A DNA stretch of 64,000 nucleotides from a virus (Duplodnaviria; Caudoviricetes): IMG/VR virus record IMGVR_UViG_3300049491_000829, positions 126 through 64,125 of that record. The stretch is one strand, 5' to 3'. Position numbers and translations under genes: made by a program. Below, piece after piece: positions 39,367 to 48,900 of this stretch (position 1 is its first letter; the number at the start of each line of letters is the position of its first letter). Under the pieces are notes generated by a model. The model was not told the DNA's origin. It worked only from the letters and a program-made list of their open reading frames with translations, and searched no databases.

Positions 39367-39711
39367 ATGGATAGTTTCTATCAATTAATACCCGCTACAA
39401 ATCCAGTAGCAATTAGACAACAAAGAATATGGTGTAATTGCTTGTTGCTGTTGCCAGATGATGTTAGAAATAGCACTCCATTACTAACAGTTGAAAGATG
39501 TCACGGTAACTTTGTTTTAGGCTTTTCTCAGATGCCAATACTAGGCGAGAAATTTCCTTTTGAGGGTCAAATTTGGGAAGTAGTCAAACACCCGATACAG
39601 TTTCCAAGTAGATACAAAACCAGGTCAAAAAAGAAACCCGCGATCGTAATTACTAAGTGGGCTTGTAGCTATAACAATGATGAAGAGATGATGCAATTTT
39701 TGCTTGATTGA
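39367..39711 (+). CDS. Hypothetical protein
   Basis: 114-aa ORF with AGGAG RBS. Confidence 0.6.
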   Translation: MDSFYQLIPATNPVAIRQQRIWCNCLLLLPDDVRNSTPLLTVERCHGNFVLGFSQMPILGEKFPFEGQIWEVVKHPIQFPSRYKTRSKKKPAIVITKWACSYNNDEEMMQFLLD

Positions 39712-39721
39712 ATTGTTATTT

Positions 39722-39828
39722 AGTCAAAAATAGCTAGCCAAACACAGCCAAATATAGCCAAAGGTAAGTATTAATGCTCATGGCAATTTTGCCATATTTA
39801 GCCTAAAGTTGTCTGTACAACGCCAAAA
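39722..39828. repeat. parC-like centromere: AGCCAAA-type repeats with about 10-bp period
   Basis: AGCCAAA at 39736, 39746, 39756; degenerate units 39791-39827; directly upstream of parM. Confidence 0.55.
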
Positions 39829-39843
39829 GGAGGCAAAACAAAA

Positions 39844-40932
39844 GTGAACCAAAAAACAGCTAATTCTACTGCTCCACCGACTATTTATATTAGTGCGGAC
39901 TTTGGAAACCATTTTACAAAAATGATGATTACCCGCCCTCAAGAATCTACATCTACAGTGGTCGTGAATAGTGGATTAATGTTCGATCAACCGGAAAAAG
40001 GTGTTATTTACGATCCCAAAGACTCGGACGTATTTTATTGTAAGTACGGATCGAAAGCATGGAGAGAAAAGTCTTGGTTTCCTCATCCCAAAGGTGTACG
40101 TCCGTTCAATCTTAACGGCACAGAGTTTTGTCAAGGGGACAACGCAAAAGGTATGCTTGCTTTTCCTTTGTTGATTGGTAACGCTTGGGATTATTTACAA
40201 GACGGCGACACGATCGCACTCAACGCAACTACTCAGAACATCCATACGACGAGAGATGTAATGATTGCTCAATTAGAAGGAATTCACACGATTACTTATA
40301 ACGGTGAGCCTAAAAAGCTGACAATCTTAAAGCCTGAAGTGTTAGCAGAAGGAATTGGGGCTTTACTCCACCAAGGCAGCAAAAAAACAGACGTAACCAC
40401 ACTACTAGATATTGGAGGAGATACTGTAATTGTCAGCATATTTGCTGGGTTAAGGCTAAAAGGTGACGTGATACCAATGCCAGGACTAGGCACAAACTTT
40501 TTTGTATCGGAAATGATGGGTAATGGGGAAGTTTCTAAAATCTTAAGCAGACAGCCTCATAATCATGATGAGTGCTTGGAAATTGTTCGCGGAAAGACAT
40601 TTGTAAACGCGGACGGGATAGAGCTAGATTTTAAACCCGCTATTAGGAAAATGTCGGAAGCGTGGCTACATGAAATCTTTACCCGTGTTATTGACCCTTA
40701 CAAATTACGGATTAACGAGTCAAATATCAGACTTGCAACTGGCGGAGCCGTGCATATTCACGGTATTAGTGATTGTCTCAAAGCAAAAGGTTACACAACT
40801 CTTAAGGACGGGCAAAAGGCAAACGTAAAAGGCATACACGCTAGATTGCTAAGTAGTCACAATATTGCGCCTGTAGAAGTTAAAAAGGCAAAAAAACCAG
40901 CAAAGGCAGTCAAGGATGCAACAAATGACTAA
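39844..40932 (+). CDS. parM: ParM/StbA actin-like partition ATPase
   Basis: ADFGNHFTK, LAEGIGA, LDIGGDT, ATGGAV, ANVKG actin-fold motifs. Confidence 0.85.
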   Translation: MNQKTANSTAPPTIYISADFGNHFTKMMITRPQESTSTVVVNSGLMFDQPEKGVIYDPKDSDVFYCKYGSKAWREKSWFPHPKGVRPFNLNGTEFCQGDNAKGMLAFPLLIGNAWDYLQDGDTIALNATTQNIHTTRDVMIAQLEGIHTITYNGEPKKLTILKPEVLAEGIGALLHQGSKKTDVTTLLDIGGDTVIVSIFAGLRLKGDVIPMPGLGTNFFVSEMMGNGEVSKILSRQPHNHDECLEIVRGKTFVNADGIELDFKPAIRKMSEAWLHEIFTRVIDPYKLRINESNIRLATGGAVHIHGISDCLKAKGYTTLKDGQKANVKGIHARLLSSHNIAPVEVKKAKKPAKAVKDATND

Positions 40933-41170
40933 ACGCAAGGAGGTAGAAAAAACTAGAATTTATATCAAAAAATACCTCGTAGACATGGTGCGCGATCGCT
41001 TTCCTACTCTTGTTGGATATTCAGACTCAGAAGTTGTAGAGTATGCGCTGTCTTTTCAGCTTAACTCTACACCTCAGCCAAAGATTTTGCAGCCTGTGAC
41101 TTCTGCGATATCACAACCAAACGAAACAGAAGAAGATGAGTACGTTGATATTAACGATGAGCTTGATTAA
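40916..41170 (+). CDS. ParR-like centromere-binding adaptor
   Basis: Small; overlaps the parM end; RHH-like N-terminus and acidic tail. Confidence 0.55.
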   Translation: MQQMTKRKEVEKTRIYIKKYLVDMVRDRFPTLVGYSDSEVVEYALSFQLNSTPQPKILQPVTSAISQPNETEEDEYVDINDELD

Positions 41171-41183
41171 ACAAAGGATTTTT

Positions 41184-41426
41184 ATGATTACGGCTGCACA
41201 ATGGCTTAAAAATAATGCGTATGAGTTAACTGCTTACCAAAAACATCGCTTTTCTGCGATCGCATCTGCGCTGTATACTGTTGAGTTCAAGCAAGAGCCT
41301 TACACGACGGGCGAATTAGTTAGCAGCAAGCGAAGCGGAGTTAACGTATACGATCCCAGAAATAAAATAGTTGAGAAATGCTTGCTTACTGCTTTTAAGA
41401 CCGCCCAAGGTCTTGCAGACCAATAA
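41184..41426 (+). CDS. Hypothetical protein
   Basis: ORF from MITAAQWL with AAGGA RBS. Confidence 0.5.
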   Translation: MITAAQWLKNNAYELTAYQKHRFSAIASALYTVEFKQEPYTTGELVSSKRSGVNVYDPRNKIVEKCLLTAFKTAQGLADQ

Positions 41427-41518
41427 CAAAAAAAAAACAAGCGATCGCTCAAAATCCCCAATAAATAAGCACTTAGAGAAACTTTTCCCTAAGTGCTTAT
41501 TTTTTTTCTTCTCACTCC

Positions 41519-41547
41519 TTGCGCTTTTATGTCGTGTGTGACATACT
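41519..41547 (+). promoter_or_regulatory. Promoter with operator
   Basis: TTGCGC-17-CATACT containing TATGTC-GTGTGT-GACATA. Confidence 0.75.
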
Positions 41548-41576
41548 TTAAGAATAGAAATACAGGTCACGAATTT

Positions 41577-42206
41577 ATGAAGCTTAACAACGAATACAAA
41601 CGCCAGGTTTACAAAATGATGGATAGCGCTGGAATAGCGCGATCGAACGCTTCGAGCTTTGGCAATTTAACAAAGTTTGAGACTTGGCAAAGAATTGAAG
41701 TGCATTGCAGAATTAAAAATGAAGACTGGGTTGTATGTCCAATTCCAGCTTTAATCGCGGAGGATTCCTGGACAGTGAAATCTGAAGAAGTTTTGGAAAC
41801 CCAGGAACAACCAACATCAATCCAGTTGTTTGAGCCAATCTCGAAGCCAGCGATTAAGCAGTTTGATGTTAATGAGTATTTCCCAGAAACGGACTACAGC
41901 CTTGATGATTTATTAGCAGAACTAGAAAATAAAGGACAAGCGCCCAAACTCATCAAGGGACAATCTGAAACAATCGACTTTGCCCAGTTTGAGGGAGCGT
42001 CTTCTACTCCAGCGTCAATTTCAAAGCAAGCGGAAAACTTGGGAGACGAAGAGGAAGAAGTACAGCGCTGGTATGAGAAACCTGTTGCGATCGCGGGAAT
42101 CATTGCAGCTTTATTTTTTGCAAGTATGGGATTAACAATAGGATATAGAGCAATCAACGGTGTGCCATCAAGGGGGGAGATTGGGGAAGTTCGAGCAATT
42201 AACTGA
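41577..42206 (+). CDS. Hypothetical protein with C-terminal TM
   Basis: Start MKLNNEY after the AAATACAGGTCA leader. Confidence 0.6.
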   Translation: MKLNNEYKRQVYKMMDSAGIARSNASSFGNLTKFETWQRIEVHCRIKNEDWVVCPIPALIAEDSWTVKSEEVLETQEQPTSIQLFEPISKPAIKQFDVNEYFPETDYSLDDLLAELENKGQAPKLIKGQSETIDFAQFEGASSTPASISKQAENLGDEEEEVQRWYEKPVAIAGIIAALFFASMGLTIGYRAINGVPSRGEIGEVRAIN

Positions 42207-42370
42207 ATTAGCTGATTTTTACGGTTTTGACTTGCGGGATATCTCAAACAATTTGGGGTACAAAGACCGGAAACGAGCTACATACGGACTGTACGATCGC
42301 AGGGACAATACTCTTGCTTGCAGCTACAGCACTTTTACGCAGATTAAAAATTATTTAAGGAGATTTCAAA

Positions 42371-42808
42371 GTGCAAAATCAAATTGAGACAGTTTTACCA
42401 GACTTAGGCGAACGCCCGTACTACCTCTACAATTTTAAGGATTTGAAACACTGGGCGACAGAAAAGCAAGGGGAAATGTATTGGTATCAAGGTAAATGGA
42501 TGACTTTGACAGACTTGCAGTTATGGGGAATTGATGAAGCGACAGAATACGAGCTTGAGAATTACCCTATTGAGGATGTCGAGCAATCTGAAGGCACACT
42601 CAGCTTTGTTAACGATTTAAGTCGCGATCGCGCTCGTGCGATCGCTGAGTACAACTATTTGCTTTCGCGAATTGACGATCCAGAAAACGAAGATTTTGAC
42701 GATTTTGAAAGCGAGGAAGACTTCTACGATTACATTTGCGTTGAGTTAAGAAGATGGGCGATTTACATTCAAAGCAAAGATGAAGTATTTAAAACGTTGA
42801 TTCGCTAG
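42371..42808 (+). CDS. Acidic hypothetical protein
   Basis: 145 aa, AAGGAG RBS. Confidence 0.6.
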   Translation: MQNQIETVLPDLGERPYYLYNFKDLKHWATEKQGEMYWYQGKWMTLTDLQLWGIDEATEYELENYPIEDVEQSEGTLSFVNDLSRDRARAIAEYNYLLSRIDDPENEDFDDFESEEDFYDYICVELRRWAIYIQSKDEVFKTLIR

Positions 42809-42825
42809 ACTTGGACAAATCAAGC

Positions 42826-42860
42826 AAAAAGACGAGTAAGTTGATTACTCGTCTTTTTTT
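42826..42860. terminator. Bidirectional intrinsic terminator
   Basis: AAAAAGACGAGTAA-loop-TTACTCGTCTTTTTTT between convergent genes. Confidence 0.75.
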
Positions 42861-42865
42861 TGTTG

Positions 42866-43636
42866 CTAAGGTGCTAATCTAGCTTTCCCGTAACGCTTTG
42901 CTTTGTACCACGCTGCAAGCTCTGGTGCAACCTTCTCGAATTCAGAAAACAACAAAGACGCGAGTATTTGGATTTCTCGCTCTGAGTCTGTTTTTGTTCT
43001 CTGATCGAGCAAATGCCATAAACCCTCTACAGTAGTAAAAATATCAAAAGGTTGCCTGTAACAAAATGGCAAAAACTCTCGTGCCATTTCAAAGGGCATG
43101 TTCAAAATCTCGATATCGTGCTTGTATTGCAAACAAGCATCGCGACACTGAGCGTATCTTCTCCTTTGCATTGCTTGCGTCCAATTACATTTTTTACCAG
43201 CGCGATCGCTGTATATCCCTTCAGGACGCACGTAAAAAGCTTTTGCAACTTCTAAATCACCGTTTGCAACATCAACAAACTTTTTCCCCGTGTATCGCAT
43301 CGAAGTAACTAGAAATGCGCTGTCACGATGTCTTGTCGCTTGCTGCATAACGCTGTGAGGGAAACCATAGCATTTAAAGCTGATGAAAGCTGCATTTAAA
43401 ACACTGAAATGTTCAACATTCAATTGATGTTTAACAATTGCGTCACCGCAGCTTTCATTGCTTAAACCCGCAGTATTTGGATCGAACTCATCGCTAAAAT
43501 ACGAATCGGGTTTGTCACAAACACAAGTATGCTGCCCCTTCCAAATAGCAGACTGAATCTGCGGGGATGTTCCATCAATATCCACAAATACCTTAAACTG
43601 CAAGTCGTTGTCTTCAAAATAGTCTGAGCCTGACAT
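42866..43636 (-). CDS. thyX: Flavin-dependent thymidylate synthase
   Basis: HFSVL, RHR-x7-S (RHRDSAFLVTS), SMRY, EMAREFLP, EREIQ. Confidence 0.92.
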   Translation of the reverse strand: MSGSDYFEDNDLQFKVFVDIDGTSPQIQSAIWKGQHTCVCDKPDSYFSDEFDPNTAGLSNESCGDAIVKHQLNVEHFSVLNAAFISFKCYGFPHSVMQQATRHRDSAFLVTSMRYTGKKFVDVANGDLEVAKAFYVRPEGIYSDRAGKKCNWTQAMQRRRYAQCRDACLQYKHDIEILNMPFEMAREFLPFCYRQPFDIFTTVEGLWHLLDQRTKTDSEREIQILASLLFSEFEKVAPELAAWYKAKRYGKARLAP

Positions 43637-43768
43637 ATTGTTACCAGATTGTTTTTGCCATTTTAAAGCACTTAGAGAAACTTTTCCCTAAGTGAGATAA
43701 ACTCTCATCCATAGATAACCCCATCAAAAAACCAAGAAAAGCATTTGCAGATTCGCAGTTCTCAACCC

Positions 43769-43797
43769 TTGCGCTTTTATGTCGTGTGTGACATACT
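43769..43797 (+). promoter_or_regulatory. Promoter with operator, identical to the 41519 copy
   Basis: TTGCGCTTTTATGTCGTGTGTGACATACT. Confidence 0.75.
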
Positions 43798-43869
43798 TTA
43801 GAAGTGAGACGGAGGGAACCGCAAGAACAAACGCCACAAACAAAACTACAAACCTTATAGGACAAAGAC

Positions 43870-44676
43870 ATGCAGACACTCAAGCAACAAATAGAAGCAA
43901 AGTTAATCGAAACAAAAGAAGCTACAGACGACAAGGCGATCGCGGAATTCATCAAGTCCCGATTCGGCAAACTTTCTAGCAAAGAAGGCAAAGCAAGCGC
44001 GATCGCATGGTTGGAACAGTGTCAGGTCGAAGATTGTAGAGAGCAAGTGTTTATCGAAGCAAGCGAACACTTTGACGAGGTTGAATGCTTGCAAGCGCCT
44101 GAAAGCTGCGACGTGCTTGACGCTCAATCTCCTTGGTACGGTGCAACTTGCTCAATCCTTGAACCACTTAACAATAACGTTTTGGAAAGCAGACTGTATA
44201 TCGACTGGGCTACAAATCGCATTGAATGTCTTGCGTCAACTTACGACAACAACGCATACTATCCGCAGGGTGTTTTAATTTTTGACATGCTGTCTGAAAA
44301 AGTCTGGTCAATGCCCGATATCTCAGCAACTCAACAATTTATCAGCGATCGCCGTTACTGGCTAATCTGGAAAGCGAAATATACTGAAGCAATTGCAAGC
44401 ATTGAACCCAAGCAAAAAGTAACCCCTGTCAGCAAAGAAGTTACCTCAAATCCTGCAATCATTGGAATCGCGATCGCGTTACTCGTTGTCGAAGCTTACA
44501 GATTTGCAGTTGCCGCGATGCTGCCAGTTATTGCGATCGCCTTTAGCAAGCTGCAAACAATGCTGACGGCTCAAAGACTCGCAGATAAAGGCTTTGCAGC
44601 CGCAGCAAAATTCTCTAAGTTTGCTGCATCGCTCCAAATTCCGCACTTAGGGAAAAGTTTCTCTAAGTTCGTATAG
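43870..44676 (+). CDS. Hypothetical early protein
   Basis: 268-aa ORF downstream of a promoter. Confidence 0.6.
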   Translation: MQTLKQQIEAKLIETKEATDDKAIAEFIKSRFGKLSSKEGKASAIAWLEQCQVEDCREQVFIEASEHFDEVECLQAPESCDVLDAQSPWYGATCSILEPLNNNVLESRLYIDWATNRIECLASTYDNNAYYPQGVLIFDMLSEKVWSMPDISATQQFISDRRYWLIWKAKYTEAIASIEPKQKVTPVSKEVTSNPAIIGIAIALLVVEAYRFAVAAMLPVIAIAFSKLQTMLTAQRLADKGFAAAAKFSKFAASLQIPHLGKSFSKFV

Positions 44677-44729
44677 ACAGTCCCATGACAAACCGCAAGA
44701 AAATTCTATATATTTTGTCTTCTCTGCCC

Positions 44730-44758
44730 TTGCGGTCTTATGTCGCGCCTGACATACT
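44730..44758 (+). promoter_or_regulatory. Promoter with operator
   Basis: TTGCGG-17-CATACT containing TATGTC-GCGCCT-GACATA. Confidence 0.75.
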
Positions 44759-44790
44759 ATAGAAGTTAAACAAATACAGGTCAACAGTCA

Positions 44791-45273
44791 ATGCAAACAC
44801 TACAAGCTACAGTTACAGTTACAAAATTAGACAATCCCTGGACATTAGAGCAACGCAGTCTTATTGCATCAGCAATTAACGAAGCGCTTGAGACAAAGCT
44901 AGAAGCTAGCAGCATTATCGGTGTAGTAATCGTAGACAATCGCGCTTATGTCGTTTGGAACGGTGATGGAGTTCGCCAGAGTTTTTACTTTGATAAAGCT
45001 GATTTCCGCGCAATGCTCGACGCGCAGCGCTTAAAAATTGTACAAAGCGTATTTGCAAGACGATCGCTGACAGTGCGAATCCTTGCAAGCGAGTCTGATA
45101 AGCAAACTTTTGTTATCCGCGATCGCTCTGGTGCATTTTTAGGAATTGTGACAGCGCGAGACAATAGCTGGTCAGTAACAAGAGCGTCAGGAAATGGCTA
45201 TCCATTGCCAGTTAGCAGCCTTGACGATGCAGCATTAAGTATATGGATGCTTGAAGTAGGAGCGATCGCATAA
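44791..45273 (+). CDS. Hypothetical early protein
   Basis: 160-aa ORF. Confidence 0.6.
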   Translation: MQTLQATVTVTKLDNPWTLEQRSLIASAINEALETKLEASSIIGVVIVDNRAYVVWNGDGVRQSFYFDKADFRAMLDAQRLKIVQSVFARRSLTVRILASESDKQTFVIRDRSGAFLGIVTARDNSWSVTRASGNGYPLPVSSLDDAALSIWMLEVGAIA

Positions 45274-45459
45274 TGGATTTTTTAGACTTAGGACAATACG
45301 AGCCAATTCCAGATGATGCTCCTGCACCTACTGCTCACGATTTGCTGGACGCGCTAGACGACGCAGACAACGACGATTAAACAACTTAGGGGCGGTGTAA
45401 AATCGCCCTGCTAAACAAACAAAAAAGGTGATACAAGCAAAAGTTAAGGAGTTAAAAAA

Positions 45460-45735
45460 ATGCGATTCAAAATCATTCAACTATTAAATAAAACAGTTCA
45501 GCACATAGCAATTACAGCAATAAGCGTTTCCGCTTGCTGCGCGATCGCCGCCCTTGGTTCTAAAGGAATGGTAGATGTAAGAATGTCACAAGACAATGAA
45601 TCAGCAGCATATAGATACGAACAATCCTTCTTGTACAATCGAGGTGCATCAATGTTTTCAGCCGCTATTGGGCTAGGTAGTATTGCTGCTAGTATGGCTT
45701 TAACATCTGTTGAAAATAATCAGGAAGAAGACTAA
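45460..45735 (+). CDS. Small membrane protein
   Basis: Two hydrophobic segments; AGGAG RBS. Confidence 0.55.
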   Translation: MRFKIIQLLNKTVQHIAITAISVSACCAIAALGSKGMVDVRMSQDNESAAYRYEQSFLYNRGASMFSAAIGLGSIAASMALTSVENNQEED

Positions 45736-45920
45736 TGGAAGAGCATATTGAATATGTCACAGCAATTTACGACAAGTATTTTAAACATTTGCGTTTAAAA
45801 GGTATTCCACCAGAAGCGGCGACAATAGCTGCTGCAAATCTTACAAACGCTGTAATGCTTTCAAAATTAACAACTGATGGCATGGACATCACAACTACTC
45901 AAGCACCCTCTAAGTATTAA
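45735..45920 (+). CDS. Hypothetical protein
   Basis: Translationally coupled 61-aa ORF. Confidence 0.5.
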   Translation: MEEHIEYVTAIYDKYFKHLRLKGIPPEAATIAAANLTNAVMLSKLTTDGMDITTTQAPSKY

Positions 45921-45922
45921 TT

Positions 45923-46156
45923 ATGCAGACTAGTCAAACTGTTGAAATTGAAAACTTAACTTTTGCAGACTGGCAAGCGATCGCAATCGCTTGCGGTAAC
46001 TCCGAAAAGTACGGATTGTACAAATGGCTGGAAAACGCAAGCTCTAGCAGCCTTAAGCAAATAGCTATTGAGGAATGGATTGAATTAGCGCAACTAGTTG
46101 GCTACTCTCAAGCCTGGGCAGCTAAAAAGTTTGTAGAGAACAAATTAGCTGCGTAG
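45923..46156 (+). CDS. Hypothetical protein
   Basis: 77 aa; ELAQLVGYSQAWA motif. Confidence 0.55.
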   Translation: MQTSQTVEIENLTFADWQAIAIACGNSEKYGLYKWLENASSSSLKQIAIEEWIELAQLVGYSQAWAAKKFVENKLAA

Positions 46157-46296
46157 TTAAAGGAAAGCTTCTAACGTCTCTGTTAGAAGCTTTCAAAATA
46201 CAGGTCAACAATCAATTTACCACAATTACAAAAATAAAGCGCGTCAGATAGACGCGCCATCAAAAAACAAACTATGTTCATTATTGCAGATAAAGC

Positions 46297-46674
46297 ATGA
46301 TTATTTCTTTCTCTCTGACTACAAAAATTGCCAAAGAAAAAGGTGTTCCCGATCCAATCCTCGCAGGCGTTAAAACTTGCACGAGACGTAATTGGTCAGA
46401 AAAACAAGCTGAAAAATGGCTCAACGCTTATCACAAAGGCGATCGCATTCATCAAGCATGGTCTAACAATCCTTACGTCAAAGGAGCTTACAAGCTTGCA
46501 GACATTGAAGTAACAGCAGAACCTTATCAAGAACCGCTTAACTTGATGTCTGAGCAAGATTTATTTTGTGAAGGGAATCTATGGGAGTCCAAAAGCGATT
46601 TTATGCAACTGTTTGAATCTCCAAACTGTTTAGTCTGGGTTCTACGTTTTTCACTTAGGGAAAAGTTTCTCTAA
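46297..46674 (+). CDS. ASCH-domain protein
   Basis: ILAGVKTCTRR (GxKxxTxR), DLFCEG, VWVLRF. Confidence 0.78.
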   Translation: MIISFSLTTKIAKEKGVPDPILAGVKTCTRRNWSEKQAEKWLNAYHKGDRIHQAWSNNPYVKGAYKLADIEVTAEPYQEPLNLMSEQDLFCEGNLWESKSDFMQLFESPNCLVWVLRFSLREKFL

Positions 46675-46729
46675 GTGATTGTGCGTAATGTCGCTTGATT
46701 TTGCAGATAGTTAAGAAAAATAAACAAAA

Positions 46730-47035
46730 ATGGAAAGCAAAAAAGAAGAAGTTATTAAGTTCTGGAAAAGCGGCAAAACCAGGCAAGAGATAAAGGAAAT
46801 GTTGGGTATCTCTCTAAAAACAATTTCAATTTATCTCAATAGCGATCGCGAGTACAGGCAAATTAAGGATAGAGAGAGAATTGCAAGGGAATGTTTGTAC
46901 GAGGAAATATTTGAGATTTGGCGATCGCAGTCGAAGAAAAATATTTCCAAAATAGCTCGCATATTTAATTTATCAAGGCAACGAACCCAGCAAATCTTAG
47001 GAAGATACAAGGAGTACAGAGATTATGGAGATTAA
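46730..47035 (+). CDS. Tandem HTH DNA-binding protein
   Basis: GKTRQEIKEMLGISLKTISIYL and NISKIARIFNLSRQRTQQIL. Confidence 0.75.
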   Translation: MESKKEEVIKFWKSGKTRQEIKEMLGISLKTISIYLNSDREYRQIKDRERIARECLYEEIFEIWRSQSKKNISKIARIFNLSRQRTQQILGRYKEYRDYGD

Positions 47036-47684
47036 CTTATTTCCTCAAACGCGAAGTCACGTAGAAATTTATCCAGGGTGCTGGCATCTAGTTGACTTGC
47101 TTAGTCCTAATTGCCAACAGTTTCTAGTCGAAAGCTGTAGGGTTTGGGGAAAAGGAAGAATGAAGACTTGGGAGACTTCACCTGGTAAGTTGATGAATCA
47201 TCCCTTTTTCTGTGTTGGGCACAATTGGAAGCCGTATGAGTATTACAAAGGAGATGTACAATTTCCTGGACAATTGCAGATGATGTGGAGCGCGTTGTTG
47301 AGGCAATGTCCCGACTTGGAAGTAAGAAAATACTTGATTGATGCACATAATCCCGATACTGCGATCGTTAATTGGTATCCACCTGATTCTTCGCTTGCAA
47401 TGCACGTCGATAAAAGCGAAGATTTGGAGTTACAACAGCAAGGTAGCCCAATTGTGACGATCGCTCTAGGGGCAAACGCAACAGTCAAAATAGGCGGATT
47501 TAACAAGTTGGAAAATGTAAAATCAAAATCAGTAATCATGCGATCGGGCGACGTTCTTCTAATGTATGGCGAATCTCGCACACGGTTGCACAGTGTCGCA
47601 AAAATTCACGAGAATAGCGAACCTGTTGATTTGCTGCAAACATCTGGCAGAATATCAGTAACAATGAGAAGGGCAAAACTATGA
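47025..47684 (+). CDS. alkB: AlkB-family 2OG-Fe(II) dioxygenase
   Basis: IVNWY...MHVD (HxD), GDVLLM.G.SR..LHSV, RISVTMR. Confidence 0.9.
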   Translation: MEINLFPQTRSHVEIYPGCWHLVDLLSPNCQQFLVESCRVWGKGRMKTWETSPGKLMNHPFFCVGHNWKPYEYYKGDVQFPGQLQMMWSALLRQCPDLEVRKYLIDAHNPDTAIVNWYPPDSSLAMHVDKSEDLELQQQGSPIVTIALGANATVKIGGFNKLENVKSKSVIMRSGDVLLMYGESRTRLHSVAKIHENSEPVDLLQTSGRISVTMRRAKL

Positions 47685-47911
47685 TTGAATCAATCATCGA
47701 AGCGAAAGTATTGAGCTACTACGCACTAAGTCCAAAAGGCGAATACTACGCAAACGGCGGTCAAGGAGCTATTACAAAGGACTTCCGAGAAGCATTATTA
47801 TTTGACTCAAAAAAAGGCGCGATCGCGTATAGAGAAGTTTACGACAAGCAGCATAGAATCACGAGATCGCTGCTATTGAGCGTACAAATTATGATAGGGG
47901 ATGCAGAATGA
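47681..47911 (+). CDS. Hypothetical protein
   Basis: ATGA overlap with alkB. Confidence 0.55.
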   Translation: MIESIIEAKVLSYYALSPKGEYYANGGQGAITKDFREALLFDSKKGAIAYREVYDKQHRITRSLLLSVQIMIGDAE

Positions 47912-48294
47912 TTTCCGATTTTGATTCAATCCAATTCCTGCTAATCTCCTGGGCTAAAGCAGAATCAGATATCTGTACAGCAAGAAATGAAAGCAACACA
48001 ATTTTTGATATAGTAATCGATATTGGCAAAGAACCAAGATTTTTTACATTTTACCTTGCTGGAATTGGAACGAGTAGCGAAAGTGCAAATCTTGATGGAT
48101 TGTTTTTAGCAGCAACGTTCGCGATCGCAAAGAAAAGCCTAACCCTTGCAATTTTTCCTGGATACAGTGCTACTTTGACCAGGGACAGTAATGTTTATGG
48201 AGTTGGACGACAAAGCAAGCATCCTGGTTTATCAGTTTTAGATGCTTATGTCGCTTATCTCGACAAAGCAAGCATCCTGGTTTATCAGTTTTAG
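47908..48294 (+). CDS. Hypothetical protein
   Basis: ATGA overlap; 3' end lies in a tandem duplication. Confidence 0.5.
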   Translation: MISDFDSIQFLLISWAKAESDICTARNESNTIFDIVIDIGKEPRFFTFYLAGIGTSSESANLDGLFLAATFAIAKKSLTLAIFPGYSATLTRDSNVYGVGRQSKHPGLSVLDAYVAYLDKASILVYQF

Positions 48295-48312
48295 AGCTTA
48301 TGTTGCTTATCT
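48208..48312. repeat. Tandem duplication of about 53 bp
   Basis: CGACAAAGCAAGCATCCTGGTTTATCAGTTTTAGA... at 48208 and 48261. Confidence 0.85.
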
Positions 48313-48900
48313 GTGGATGTCGCAGCGCAATCTAAGTTACGATCCGTTGCCGCGTTTAGCTTAAACAGAAGAAGCCTCACATCTGTACTGTAATCAGTCA
48401 GTGTGAGATGAATTCGAGGCAAAATCGAAACATTGTCTTTATTGATTTTCTGCACAGCAGGAACAGAGAAAGATAATAGTTGAGATTTTGCCAAAATATT
48501 TCATGATTTGCTATAATCATCTTGGTTAACTTCGCCCGTATTGGTGTCTGATAAGCCTCTACCCAGTAGCATTGCGACTATTGGTAAGCGACTCCGTTGC
48601 ACAGCATAAAAGAAGTAGGCACATCTTGATTAATATGAATTACCTTTGGGTTTGTCCTATAGTGCGAACAAGCCAGCATCTCATCCAGGACAGTAAAATT
48701 CGTAGGGTACAAGGTAAGAATTACATAGTCTGCGGAGGGGCTTCTCGTGGACTTAAAACAAAGCTCAGTCAATGTCTTCATAGAAGAGTCGCTGAGAAGC
48801 CTACACTGTATGCTTGCATCAGTGTAGGAGTATGTCACTCTAATTCCCAAAATTAAATATTCTCGCTTTGACTTAGGGAAAAGTTTCTCTAAGTCCTTTT

